The notes beneath the pieces are model-generated. The model saw nothing but the letters and a program-made list of their open reading frames with translations, ran no database searches and was not told where the DNA came from. A DNA stretch of 64,000 bases from Eledone cirrhosa (Eukaryota), in the NCBI GenBank assembly GCA_964016885.1, contig OZ024764.1:496001-560000 (forward strand), given 5' to 3'. A program made the translations under genes and the position numbers. Shown one piece after another: positions 49,110-61,101 of this stretch. Each line of letters begins with the position of its first letter. Position 1 is the first letter of the stretch.

Positions 49110-49990
49110 GGCATAGGTAAAATATAACGTCCGGGAAAGTGAAACTAATTTTTATGACAAGTGAATGTGTTTGTTTTTTAGTATTGCGTGTGTGATTATT
49201 TTTTCTTTTTCTTTTTTTGTGTATTGTGTGTACGGAAAATTATACTTACCTTATCAACATCCTATACTTACCTTATCAACATCCTATACTTACCTTATCA
49301 ACATCCTTATTAGACCGTATAAATAGCTGAAATACAGTTGATCTTCTCGCCAAACTTGTTGGCACCAACTCTCTGCCGCCAAAGAAATTCAGCTAAATAC
49401 GAGGGGAATAAATCGTCGCTTGTCCCATGTTGTCGACGGAGCTTTTTCTTCGCACGGCTCCAAGTGTTCTCTCGTGAGACTCTTGTCCCCATTATACAGG
49501 AATGGATTTTGCCAGGAAGCCACATCATGTCCGATGGTTGGGCTTCCTATTCTGATAGAGGAAATTCAAGGTGGCATTTACCTCCATGATGTTGTTGTGC
49601 ACCAACGGAACTTTGTCGATCCTGAAGACCCTAATGTGCACACACAACTCATAGAGAACACTTGGAGCCGTGCGAAGAAAAAGCTCCGTCGACAACATGG
49701 GACAAGCGACGATTTATTCCCCTCGTATTTAGCTGAATTTCTTTGGCGGCAGAGAGTTGGTGCCAACAAATTTGGCGAGAAGATCAACTGTATTTCAGCT
49801 ATTTATACGGTCTAATAAGGATGTTAAGGTAAGTATAGGATGTTGATAAGGTAAGTATAATTTTCCGTACACACAATACACAAAAAAAGAAAAAGAAAAA
49901 ATAATCACACACGCAATACTAAAAAACAAACACATTCACTTGTCATAAAAATTAGTTTCACTTTCCCGGACGTTATATTTTACCTATGCC
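49110..49990. mobile_element. Non-autonomous Merlin (IS1595/IS1016-like DDE) transposon built from two inverted 3' halves
   Basis: Termini GGCATAGGTAAAATATAACGTCCGGG...CCCGGACGTTATATTTTACCTATGCC; 8-bp TSD ACAATAAT/ACAATTAT; transposase motifs ILPGSHIMSDGWASY, VHQRNFVDP...HTQLIENTWS and SYLAEFLWR. Confidence 0.88.
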
Positions 49991-50015
49991 ACAATTATTA
50001 TATATATATATATAT

Positions 50016-50450
50016 AGGAAAATGTTCAAGACCCCGACGGCAGAGTTCAAGCCGTTTCGGCGGCTACTTCTGGAAAAAATTAGAATTTAGTCCAGAAATA
50101 GCCGTCGAAACGGCTTGAGCTCTGCCGTCGGGAGTCTTGAACTTTTTCCTATTTCCCACTCTACTACCCTAAGTATTGAGTACTCTGGTGCATTATGGTC
50201 CATTTGGTTCCTTACCACATTTCCTTCGTTATATATATATATATATAACAAAGGAATTGTGGTAAGGAACCAAATGGACCATAACGCACCAGAGTACTCA
50301 ATACTTAGGGTAGTAGAGTGGGAAATAGGAAAAAGTATGACCTCGACGGCAGAGCTCAAGCCGTTTCGACAGCTATTTCTGGACACTGTCCAGAGTCCAG
50401 AAATAGCCGTCGAAACAGCTTGAGCTCTGCCGTCGAGGTCATACTTTTTC

Positions 50451-50451
<1 letters not shown>
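50016..50451. repeat. Dispersed repeat family GAAGGAARTGTGGTAAGGAACCAGRTGGACCATAACGCACCAGAGTACTC..., here in several alternating orientations
   Basis: Other copies at about 4047, 5549-5730, 20528-20625, 28020-28290, 36340-36512, 37307-37442 and 59920-60012, nearly all TA-flanked. Confidence 0.85.
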
Positions 50452-50483
<32 letters not shown>

Positions 50484-51152
50484 CATAAATGTTAATTTGT
50501 GTCTGTTTGTGTGCATTTGTTTGTGAACCTAAAACTCAAAAACCGATCTTGTTGAAACTTGACACGTGTGTGGGGCTCATGCCCATTTGATTTCTTACGT
50601 ATATTTCATTCTAATCAAAGGGTTCCTCGGTCACAAACCCCCGCTGGAAATTGTTCCCCTTCGATTTATATGAAATTTAAACAAATGACAACATAAGATG
50701 CCTATTCACAAAATTTCAGCAAATTTCAATAATATTAAGACAGCCTAATGGCCGTTAAACCCCTTATTAGGCTTCCCTGGAGGCACAAACCCCGTAAATG
50801 ACAAGATATGATGCCTATTCACAAAAGTTTTAAATTGATATTTTGAAAATAATTATTTACAAGAAACAAAATAATAAGTTTTAATAATTTTCTACTTTTG
50901 GCACAAGGTCAGCAATTACCCCAGTGCATTACTTGTACTTTATTTTATCGACCCCGTAAGGATGTAAGGCAAAGTTAACCTTGGATATTACAAAAAATAA
51001 TGTTTTCCAATTTTTCATGCATTACATTTTACATTGAGTAATATTGAAATGCAGAGTTTTCCTCCATAAATTATATCACTGATTTAAAATCCAATCATTT
51101 TGTTACAAAAAAAATGTGTGAAGCGCAGCAAGGAGCGGGTAATTCGGCTAGT
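50451..51152 (+). mobile_element. Non-autonomous Helitron-like element; related pieces at 59330-59658 (3') and 61459-61680 (5')
   Basis: CTATATATA...TGTCTGTTTGT-type 5' end; subterminal GC-rich hairpin-like segment followed by GGCTAGT at 51146-51152, also seen at about 59652-59658. Confidence 0.6.
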
Positions 51153-51964
51153 ATATATATATGTAGGAGCCACGGTAAAGAAGCACCCAATCCTCCACAC
51201 TGTAAATGTGGTTGGTGTTAGAAAGGGCATCCATCCGGAGAAAACCGGCCAGATGCAGTCTCATCAGACAAAATATATATGAGATGTGTAGTTTTTTCCT
51301 GATATGCTGGTAGACAAAGGAAATGGACAGATCGGTGACCACCAGGCATATGACTAGAAGAAACTCAACACTGAGGGTTATATGACTGGGAGAACAATTA
51401 CAGTTTGTTTAAACGTTTAATAATCGTCGTCATTATCATTTTACATTCCTATCATTTTACATTCCCTATTCAGTACAGCGTCTGTCTGTCTGTCTCTCTT
51501 GATCTGTCTATCTATCTATCTATCTATATTTTACACGTTTTTATTGTAAACTTCCCCCTTTGTATTTGTCCCCTTCTTTTGTGCCCCTGTGGCTAATAAA
51601 GAAATATATCTATCTCTATCGACTAACTTTTTAAATTCCATTTGTGATAACATTTTACACGTTTTTATTGTATGTAAACTTCCCCCTTTGTATTTGTCCC
51701 CTTCTTTTGTGCCCCTGTGGCTAATAAAGAAATATATCGATCTCTGTCGTCTGTTCGATAGTGTAGACGTAATTCACTTCGCGCAGAAGTTTTGTTCCAA
51801 TTTATTGTGGAAATTTTGTAAGTTTAATTTTAATTTTGATACTATTGTGTAGCTTGACCCCCCGTCTGAACTGTCAGGCGGTGGGTCAGCTCATTTTCGC
51901 CCCTCCCAGGGGTGAAAAACCTGTTTTTAAAAAAATTTTGTTGCATAAAATTTCAATCGTCTGG

Positions 51965-52530
51965 AAGAAATGTTAGTTAGCTTACCTGTGATCCCACTAC
52001 ATCTTTTATTATGCACCCATACTTTGCATTTGGGACATAAAATGGAGTTTCTACCTACTCCTTTCCTACACACTGAGCATGGCCATTTCCCGGATGGGAC
52101 CGGTACCCTATTTTCCTTTCTACAAACTAGAACTTTAGTCTTAGACAGGTTAATTTTAAGGCCTTTTGATTCTAGGCCATGCTTCCATGTTTGGAATTTC
52201 TTCTCTAGTTCGGCCATTGATTCAGCTATGAGCGTTAGATCATCTGCATATAGGAGTTCCCATAGGCAGCCGGTCTTGAGCTCCACTGTTATAGCCTGAA
52301 GGGCAATAATAAATAGTAGGGGGCTAAGAACGGAACCCTGATGAACACCAACTTTTACGCTAAACTCTTCACTATATTCGTTGTTAATTCTAATCTTGCT
52401 GACTGTTTCTTTATACATGGCTTGTATAGCTCTCACAAGCCATTCGTCAACACCTAGTTTTCTAAGAGCCCACCAGATAATGGAACGGGGGACTCTGTCG
52501 AAGGCTTTCTCCAAGTCGACAAAAGCTAAG
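51965..52530 (-). mobile_element. Internal RTE RT fragment
   Basis: LAFVDLEKAFD...LLYADDL...WPCSVCRKGVG on the minus strand. Confidence 0.9.
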
Positions 52531-52552
52531 TATATATATATATATATATACA

Positions 52553-52946
52553 TACGGCTGGAGAGAAACGAGGCAAGCATGCTCCGTTGGATGTGCAGTG
52601 TAAATGTGCGTGAACGACCCAGCATAAATGTGTTGAGAGAGAAACTGTGTCTGAGAGGGATAGAATGTAGTGTACGTGAGAGGAGACTGAGGTAGTATGG
52701 ACATGTGATGCGCATGGAGGATGACCGATGGGTGAAGAAGTGCCAGGAAATGCCAGTTGAAGGAAGACGTGGTAGAGGTAGACCACGAAAAACATGGGCG
52801 GAGGTGGTGAGAACAGACCTCAGCTCATTGAAGCTCACGGTGGAGATGACGAGGGACCGTGACAAGTGGAGAGATGCTGTGCTGAATAAGACCCGTCCCA
52901 CCCTTGCAAGCAGGGAAAAGCGGACGTATGATGATGATGATGATGT
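52553..52946 (+). mobile_element. RTE 3' fragment (second subfamily)
   Basis: RLERNEASMLRWMC...GRPRKTW with (TGA)n tail; internal stop near 52693. Confidence 0.9.
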
Positions 52947-53746
52947 ATGTATCTCTCTATATATATATGTATGTGATTGTAGATATATATATATATATAT
53001 AAAGCTCTGATACCATCAACACTATAAACACAGAGCTGGCATATCTAAGAACTGACTAACTGCCTGATGAGGTCATAGCCATTCAATGGCTATCATCGAA
53101 ATATATATCATCGAAATAAAGGATTACGAGTTCATGCAATTGACTTATGTTTCGTCACTATGTATATATATATATATATATATAAATGTGATATGTGATT
53201 GTATATACATATGTGGTTATATCATCATCATTTTACGTCCACTTTTCCCTGCTTGCAAGGGTGGGACGGGAACTGATTCTGGCTTGATTTCTACAGCTGG
53301 ATGCCCTTCCTAACACCAACCTCATTTACAGTGAGTGCTGGGTGCTTTTTTGCCGTGGCACCTCCACGTCCACTTTACAGTGGAATGATAGGGACCCCAG
53401 TCCCTATCATCTCATTTCTACAGCTGAGTAAACTGGAGCAATGTGAAATAAAGTGTCTTGCTCAAGGACACAACACATCTCCCGGTCTGAGAATTGAACT
53501 CAAAACCTTTCAATTGCAAGCCCAATGTTCTAACCACTAAGCCATGTGCCTCCATATATATATATATTTATTTAGTACAGATTAAAGTTTAAGCAAAGAA
53601 TCACTACTTTCACCCTTTTATGGGATCTTCTGAAACCATTTGCTCTACGGGTTTATATATATTTTTTATTACATCTATATATATACAATCCTTTTCGAGC
53701 TCTCTTTGGATTTTTGCCTTTGTAATTATTATTACTATTGTGTGTG

Positions 53747-53845
<99 letters not shown>

Positions 53846-53884
53846 CTATACACACATATATATATGTATGTGAATTTTGTGTAT

Positions 53885-54720
53885 CTACAGTGGTCATGTA
53901 GGTGTTACAACAAAAAGCACCCATTCCACACTGTAAAGTGATCATGTAGGGGTCACAACAAAAAGCACCCAGTCCACACTGTAAAGTGGTCATGTAGGTG
54001 ACACAACAAAAAGCACCCAGTCCACACTGTAAAGTGGTCATGTAGGTGTCACAACAAAAAGCACCCAGTCCACACTGTAAAGTGGTCATGTAGGGGTCAC
54101 AACAAAAAGCACTGTCCACACTGTAAAGTGATCATGTAGGGGTCACAACAAAAAGCACCCAGTCCACACTGTAAAGTGATCATGTAGGTGTCACTACAAA
54201 AAGTATCCAGTCCACACTGTAAAGTGGTCATGTAGGTGACACAACAAAAAGTACCCAGCCCACACTGCAAAGTTGTCATGTAGGTGACAACAAAAAGTAC
54301 CCAGCCCACACTGCAAAGTAGTCATGTAGGTGACACAACAAAAAGTACCCAGCCCACACTGTAAAGTGGTTATGTAGGTGTCACAACAAAAAGTACCCAG
54401 TCCACACTGTAAAGTGGTCATGTAGGTGTCACAACAAAAAGCACCCAGCCCACACTGTAAAGTGGTCATGTAGGTGTCACAACAAAAAGCACCCAGCCCA
54501 CACTGTAAAGTGGTCATGTAGGTGTCACAACAAAAAGTACCCAGTCCACACTGTAAAGTGGTCATGTAGGTGTTACAACAAACAACACCCAGTACACACT
54601 GTAAGGTGGTCATGTAGGTGTTACAACAAACACCCAGTCCACACTGTAAAGTGATCATGTAGCGGTCACAACAAAAAGCACCCAGCCCACACTGCAAAGT
54701 GGTCGTGGGGGTGCCACGGC
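53885..54720 (+). repeat. ~39-bp minisatellite (CACACTGTAAAGTGGTCATGTAGGTGTCACAACAAAAAGCACCCAGTC-type), about 20 copies, expanded inside a SINE
   Basis: Visible tandem units running into the SINE tail at 54730-54915. Confidence 0.9.
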
Positions 54721-54952
54721 AAAAAAGTACCCAGCACTCATTGTAAATGAGGTTGGTGAAGGGCATCCAGCTTTAGAAATCAAGCCAGAATCAGTTCCTG
54801 TAAGAGCTAGACAAGGTCAGCTGACCGGATACTGCCCTCAACAGGACAACCCGTCTAACCCATGCTAGCGTGGAAGAAGGGGGGGAGGGGCGCGTAAAAC
54901 GGTGATGATGATGATGATATATATATGTGTGTCGCTCTTCTCCCTCTTGTAG

Positions 54953-55055
54953 GCCAGTGATAACCAGATGGAATTGAAAGATGCCATCAATATCTCACAC
55001 CTTAGAGAAAGTTCAGAAGTTATGTTTGAACTGAAGAAGAAAGAGAACCAACATG
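54953..55055 (+). CDS. FKBP6: FKBP6/shutdown first visible coding exon (probable ATG at 54968)
   Basis: ctcttgtAG acceptor and G|GTAGGT donor. Encodes (ASDNQ)MELKDAINISHLRESSEVMFELKKKENQH, which resembles the N-terminus of invertebrate Shutdown. Phase 1 joins the next exon in frame. Confidence 0.8.
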
Positions 55056-55128
55056 GTAGGTAATTATTTTGTATTATCAACGCACCTGTCCACTTGTCTA
55101 TTTTCACCTGTTCAAGCCAAGTACAATA

Positions 55129-55999
55129 TCTATATATAATATAAAAGAGAGATGTTTATTGGTTGGTTGGTTGGTTGAATTTCAGGAAAACTACAGACAC
55201 ATACACACACATCTAAAGAGGGAGAGACACAGAGAGATAGGCAGTTATACAGAGAGAGATACTAAAGTGTTAGATATTCAGACATAGGCGCATGGCTTAG
55301 TGGTTAGAGCATTGGGCTTGCAATCGAAAGGTTGTGAGTTCAATTCTCAGACCGGGAGATGCGTTGTTTCCTTGAGCAAGACACTTTATTTCACGTTGCT
55401 CCAGTTTACTCAGCTGTAGAAATGAGATGATAGGACTGGGGTCCCTATCATTAAATTACCCAAGAGACCTCCAACGAGATATACCTTGGAGGAGGCCAGC
55501 TAAACCTGCAAAGGTGGGAGCTGTCACACAGAGAGAGAGAGTAACGTCCCACGAAAGTCTAGAAACAGCTTAAACTATAGATCCTTTGATCTATAAGGAA
55601 GGTTTAACAATATTGTGTTAGCTTTTATAAAGTAGTTTTACAGTCTTTCATTTTACAGAACAAAGAAAAACTGATACTTATAGTCCGTACTAACAAAGCT
55701 AAACACTTCAGAAGCAATGTTATGTGGTATATTGCTGTGTTTCATATGAGGTCCTTTGGAGCTGAATAAGATCATACTGACTATGGTTATTTCACATTTA
55801 AAATCCAGGGCCAATGTTACCATTTAATCAGCAGTTTACTCCCCCCAGCCTAATAAGGAAGTTTTATGATTGTTTTGTTTATGTCTCTCTCTCACATTAG
55901 CCTCACCTCATACCAGACAATACATCCAATGCAGTGGTTTTCTCTTTTATCTGTCTTCTCTCAACTGTTCTCCCGGGTAAAGCCGGGTACCTTAGCTCG

Positions 56000-56000
<1 letters not shown>
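55129..56000 (+). mobile_element. Deleted Helitron derivative with a nested SINE fragment
   Basis: 5' TCTATATATAATATAAA. Rep-protein remnants FHMRSFGA and FTFKIQGQCYHLISSLLP at about 55740-55845. 3' hairpin CCCGGGTAAAGCCGGG followed by CTCGT, a CTAGT variant. Confidence 0.7.
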
Positions 56001-56032
<32 letters not shown>

Positions 56033-56339
56033 AGTGAACACAATATATAACTAATCCATTACTAAGGGTTTTAGGACCCTAGACAATATTAACATCGTTC
56101 ATCAGATGTGTATGTATGTATGTATGTATATATATATATATATATATATGATAATGGCTGTGATGTATCCATTCTGCATGGTTTTTGGTATCAAATAGTG
56201 TGTTGAAACAGATGTCATATTTGGGGATAACCATTGAAGATGTCACAGACGTGTGACGAAAGAACATGAAAAATGATATTTATATTTTAAGACTTCTACA
56301 TAATAGCCCAATGTGTCTGTTACCCGTGTGTCTCTGCAG

Positions 56340-56552
56340 ATTTTGATCCCCTGGAGGAAGAAGGCTGGGAGCGTTGGAACCAAGAAGATTTCAAGAATAT
56401 GTACGATGACCTCACGTTTGACACAGACATCACGTTGTCTTTTGAGGAGCAAGCCGTTAATATGTCGGACATATCCGGGGATGGAGGTGTCCGTAAGGTG
56501 AAGCTGAAGTTTGGCCAAGGTCCCTTTGTACCTCCAGATGCTGTAGTCCAAG
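56340..56552 (+). CDS. FKBP6: FKBP6 exon, start of FKBP-type PPIase-like domain
   Basis: ctctgcAG / G|GTAGGT, 213 nt. DFDPLEEEGW...SFEEQAVNMSDISGDGGVRKVKLKFGQGPFVPPDAVVQ matches the FKBP6 motif MxDISGDxGVxK...GxGxxVxPDA. Confidence 0.92.
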
Positions 56553-57340
56553 GTAGGTTTACTCCTCTCTCTTTCTTGATGTGGAATGTCCGATAAATAT
56601 GGCGGTGTGTGATGGTGCTTGTGGTTGCTATGGAAAAAACATTTTTCCTTTGAGAAATATTCATTATTAATCGGTAGAGCGTCGGACGCCATTCTTTACA
56701 GCATAGTAACGTCCCTTTATGGTGTGAGTTCAAATCCCGCCAAGGTTAACTTTGCCTTTCATCTTTACGGGGTTGATAAAATAAAGTACCAGTAATACAC
56801 TGGGTTTTGCTGGCCTTGTGCCTAAAGTAGAAACATTTATTACTATATATCATCATCGTTTAATATATATCTTCCACGCTAGCATGGGTTGGACGGGAAT
56901 TGTCCCACTTGAGTTAGGATTGGTCGGGTTACCATGTCTTGCTCGTATAGGACTATCTGGCAGGTTTTCTACGGCTGGATGCCCTTCCTAACACCAACCA
57001 CATTTACAGTGTGGACTGCATATATATATGTATATATATATATAATATATAAGAACAAAAGATGGTTAAAAGAGTTAAAGATGTATTTTATTATGTGCAT
57101 TTCAAAAACAAATATCATCATGCAATAATATTTGTGTTTTAATCAGATAAAACAGGAAGACATGATATGAAGGTTAAAAAACACTTGTGGATAGTGCAGT
57201 TTTAAATCAATATATCTGGAACTCTTTTAACCATCTTTTGTTCTTATATATTATGTATACTCCAGTCCTACAAACTGTAGAGTGCTTCTTATCCGATATC
57301 TGCATTGCTTTATTGTACTACAATAAAACTCACCTCCTAC

Positions 57341-57399
<59 letters not shown>

Positions 57400-57862
57400 T
57401 GTGTGTGTGTGTATGTAGATGTATGTATGTATCATTTTTCATTTCATTTTACGTCTGCTTTTCCCTGCTTGCAAGGGTGGGATGGGAACTGATTCTGGCT
57501 TGATTTCTACAGCTGGATGCCCTTCCTAACACCAACCTCATTTACAGTGAGTGCTGGGTGCTTTTTTGCCATGGCACCTCCACGACCACTTTGCTGTAGG
57601 ATGATAGGGACCCCAGTCCCTATCATCTCATTTCTACAGCTGAGTAAACTGGAGCAATGTGAAATAAAGTGTCTTGCTCAAGGAAACAACACATCACCTG
57701 GTCTGAGAATTGAACTCACAACCTTTCGATTGCAATCCCAATGCTCTAACCACTAAGCCATGTGCCTCCATATATGTAAAAGGTAAACAGAAATAACAAC
57801 ACAATCAGTACAGTACATGGAAGGAATATATTAGGTTAAAGCTTGAAATAGCAGGAAGAGGG

Positions 57863-57898
57863 TCTTAACGTTTCGGACGCTAGTCCTTCATCAGAAGA
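57863..57898 (-). ncRNA. Minimal Penelope-type hammerhead, antisense in an FKBP6 intron
   Basis: Reverse complement: tctt CTGATGA aggac tagc gtcc GAAA cg TT aaga. Confidence 0.82.
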
Positions 57899-58107
57899 AA
57901 GAATGAGAAATAAAATAGAATGAAGGGATGGGTGGGGTGGAATTGGAAAAAATGTCTTTAGATAAAAATAACAGGTCCATTCATGTTGACATCTCTTGTA
58001 TATGCACACACATAAACCATCATTATACCTTCACTATTATCATAAGACTTTAGGCAAGACACTCCACTCTATTTTAACCATCTCTCTCTCTCTCTACACA
58101 CACACAG

Positions 58108-58197
58108 TTCATTATACGGGCTTCTTTGAATTTGCTGACGAACCATTTGATTCCAGTCGACTGCGGGGAGAAGTGTTCAAGTTCCGATTAAGAAGGG
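58108..58197 (+). CDS. FKBP6: FKBP6 exon (FKBP domain)
   Basis: acacAG / G|GTGAGT, 90 nt. VHYTGFFEFADEPFDSSRLRGEVFKFRLRR contains the FKBP VxYxG...PFDSS motif. Confidence 0.93.
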
Positions 58198-58318
58198 GTG
58201 AGTTCTCAACATTTATTGTTTCATCCATTTATCCATGGTTACGAGGGTTGGCTGAGTGCTTCATAGGCTGACCAAGATACTCTTAGCCTATGAACCTGTT
58301 AGCTGACCTGCGAATGAT

Positions 58319-58359
<41 letters not shown>

Positions 58360-58784
58360 AAGCTCCCACCTATGTAGGTTTAGCTGGCCTCCTCCAAGGT
58401 ATATCTCATTGGAGGTGACTTGGGTGATTTAATGATAGGGACCCCAGTCCTATCATCTCATTTCTACAGCTGAGTAAACTGGAGCAATGTGAAATAGTGT
58501 CTTGCTCAAGGAAACAACACATCACACGGTCTGAGAATTGAACTCACAACCTTTCGATTGCAAGTCCAATGCTCTAACCACTAAGCCATGTGCCTCCATG
58601 AATATGTATATATATGAGATTTTGATGTTATTTATTTTGAGAACAATACCTCAACATCAGTATGAGTGGCCAGTTACAGCCGGTTTGAACAGAAAGAGGA
58701 GAGACATTTCTAGCCGGATACGGCCGGTTTGAATGCATAGAAAATTAAGAAAATTGATAATCTTCTTGAGTATGATTAACTAAA

Positions 58785-58978
58785 AATAATTGTTTCTACT
58801 TTTGGCACAAGGCCAGCAAATACCCAGTGTATTACTGGTACTTTATTGTATCGACCCAGTAAGGATGAAAGGCAAAGTTAACCTCGCCTGGATTTGAACT
58901 CAGAATGGCAAGGGCCGTAACTCTATGCGTCAAAGCATGGTGTCCGACCCTCTACCGATACTGTCAATGCACCGCCCT
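58785..58978 (-). mobile_element. Second SINE family (tRNA-like head plus Nin/Deu-like GCCTTTCATCCTT..GGGTCGAT..AAGTACC domain)
   Basis: B-box GTTCAAATCC. Partial copies at 38205-38325(-), 48885-48995(-), 49000-49105 (fold-back), 50885-50982(-) and 56670-56840(+). Confidence 0.75.
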
Positions 58979-59654
58979 CTAAAAATAATGTGAATAGGTA
59001 AACATGGCATTTGACAAATTAATGTGAATACTAATGGGTTAAATGTCTCTGAGAAGCAAGATTATCATCATCATCGTTTAACGTCCATGTTCCACGCTTG
59101 CATGGGTTTGGACGGGGGTTTTCCCACTTGAGGCAAGAGTGGTTGTCCTGCTCGCATAGGACTGTCTGGCGGGTTTTCTACAGCTGGATGCCCTTCCTAA
59201 CACCAACCACATTTACAGTGTGGGACTGGGAGGTTTTTACCGTGTTGCCTACACGACCACATTGCAGCGTGGACTGTCTGGCCACGCTGGAATGTGGCCG
59301 TGTAGGCAATACGGTAAATTATATATTAACAAACCCCCACTGAAAATTGTTACCCTTCGATTTATATGAAATTTAAACCATAGGTAAATGACAAGATATG
59401 ATGCCTATTCACAAAAGTTTTGAATTGATATTTTGAAAAAAATTATTTACAAGAAACAAAATAAGATTTAATAATGTAATTTTGATTTGATATATTACAA
59501 AAAATAATGTTTTCCAATTTTTCATGCATTACATTTTACATTGAGTAATATTGAAATGCAGAGTTTTTCTCCATAATTTATATCACTGATTTAAAATCAA
59601 TCATTTTCTTACAAAAAAAAAGTGTTTAATGCAGCAAGGCGCGGGTAATTCGGC

Positions 59655-59696
<42 letters not shown>

Positions 59697-59736
59697 TTCA
59701 AATATTAATAAAATAGATGTTCTTGTGATCAATTAA

Positions 59737-59802
59737 ATTTTATTATACATATTTCAGAGGTACTTGAATCAAGTTCAATAGTACGTCCTCATCAGATAAA
59801 AT
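59737..59802 (-). ncRNA. Hammerhead motif, family A', antisense in an FKBP6 intron
   Basis: Reverse complement: attttat CTGATGA ggacgtact..agtacctct GAAA tatgta TA ataaaat. Confidence 0.82.
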
Positions 59803-59851
59803 AAAATGATACAGGACATACCCTGACATGTTAAATGGTTAATCAAGGTCG

Positions 59852-59919
<68 letters not shown>

Positions 59920-60458
59920 CGAGTAGGACCCCGACGGCTGAGCTCAAGCCGTTTCGACGGCTAATTCTGGACTCATTATGGTCCATCTAGTTCCTTACCA
60001 CATTTCCTTCGTTATATCTATATATATATATATATATCATCATTTTAAATCCACTTTTCCTTGCTTGCAAGGGTGGGATAGGTCCTTTTCAGCTCAGCAT
60101 CTCTGTCTGTCTGTTTCTCAGTCTATATATCTGTCTCTTTATCTATCTATCTCTATCATCATTCAATTATTTTATTATATATAGTTGAGTAATATTGAAA
60201 CGACCAGCTTGAGGCACGATTGATGTGATGATCGAACCTGACTCTGAAAATCGCAAGGTCCTCAGATATGCCTTGATTCTGCGAAGGAGATTTTCCTATG
60301 TCCTTTTACATCGATTTACTTCGCCTGTTGGCTTAGATCCTGTTGTCCTTCTATGAGTGGTCAAGAATTGTACACATCATCGGTATTTCTAGCCACTCAT
60401 GGTTGTCCACTATTTGGTTCTTTTCATTCTCCACCTGTCAAAGTTGTTTCGTAGGTCG

Positions 60459-60513
<55 letters not shown>

Positions 60514-60969
60514 TCGAAAGGTTGTGAGTTCAATTCTCAGACCAGGTGATGTGTTGCTTCCTTGAGCAAGACACTTTATTTCACATTGCTCCAGGTTACT
60601 CAGCTGTAGAAATGGGATGATAGGGACTGGGGTCCCTATCATTCCACTGCAAAGTGGCCGTGGAGGTGCCACGGCAAAAAAGCACCCACCACTCACTGTA
60701 AATGAGGTTGGTGTTAGGAAGGGCATCCAGCTGTAGAAATCAAGCCAGAATCAGTTCCCGTCCCACCCTTGCAAGCAGGGAAAAGCGGACGTAAAATGAT
60801 GACGATGATACACATGCACACACACACAGTGAAATTCCGTTATAACGTAATTCACGAGGTATAAAAAGAATGTGTAAATATAGAGTAATGGTTATATAGA
60901 TAAATGGTTAAAACACCCGAAAACCTCTTCATAGGTTTAATTTTCACTTCATATGTTTTGTCATTACAG

Positions 60970-61101
60970 ATATGGTAATACCTGGTTGGGTAATTGCTCT
61001 GAACACCATGCAGGTAGGGGAGATGTCCAGGTTTTTAGTCACACCTCAGTACGGGTTCGGTGAATTTGGCTGTCCACCAAGGATACCCCAATCTATAACA
61101 G
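60970..61101 (+). CDS. FKBP6: FKBP6 exon (FKBP domain)
   Basis: ttacAG / G|GTCAGT, 132 nt. DMVIPGWVIALNTMQVGEMSRFLVTPQYGFGEFGCPPRIPKSIT; GCPPRIP is typical of FKBP6/Shutdown. Confidence 0.93.

Noticed and set aside
51300-51825. Short ORF-like text (DMLVDKGNGQIGDHQAYD*) and a possible FKBP6 non-coding first exon ending in GTAAGT near 51818
   Set aside because: Plausible but unsupported without transcript data, so not called as features.
51927-52901. 324-aa ORF as a real gene
   Set aside because: It is a chimera of the antisense of one RTE fragment, a TA tract and another RTE fragment.
53885-54720. CRISPR-like regular array
   Set aside because: Units are contiguous tandem repeats without unique spacers, there are no cas genes, and the context is a eukaryotic SINE.
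58135-58141. CTGACGA in an FKBP6 exon as a hammerhead core
   Set aside because: No stem II/GAAA/stem III arrangement; it is ordinary coding sequence.
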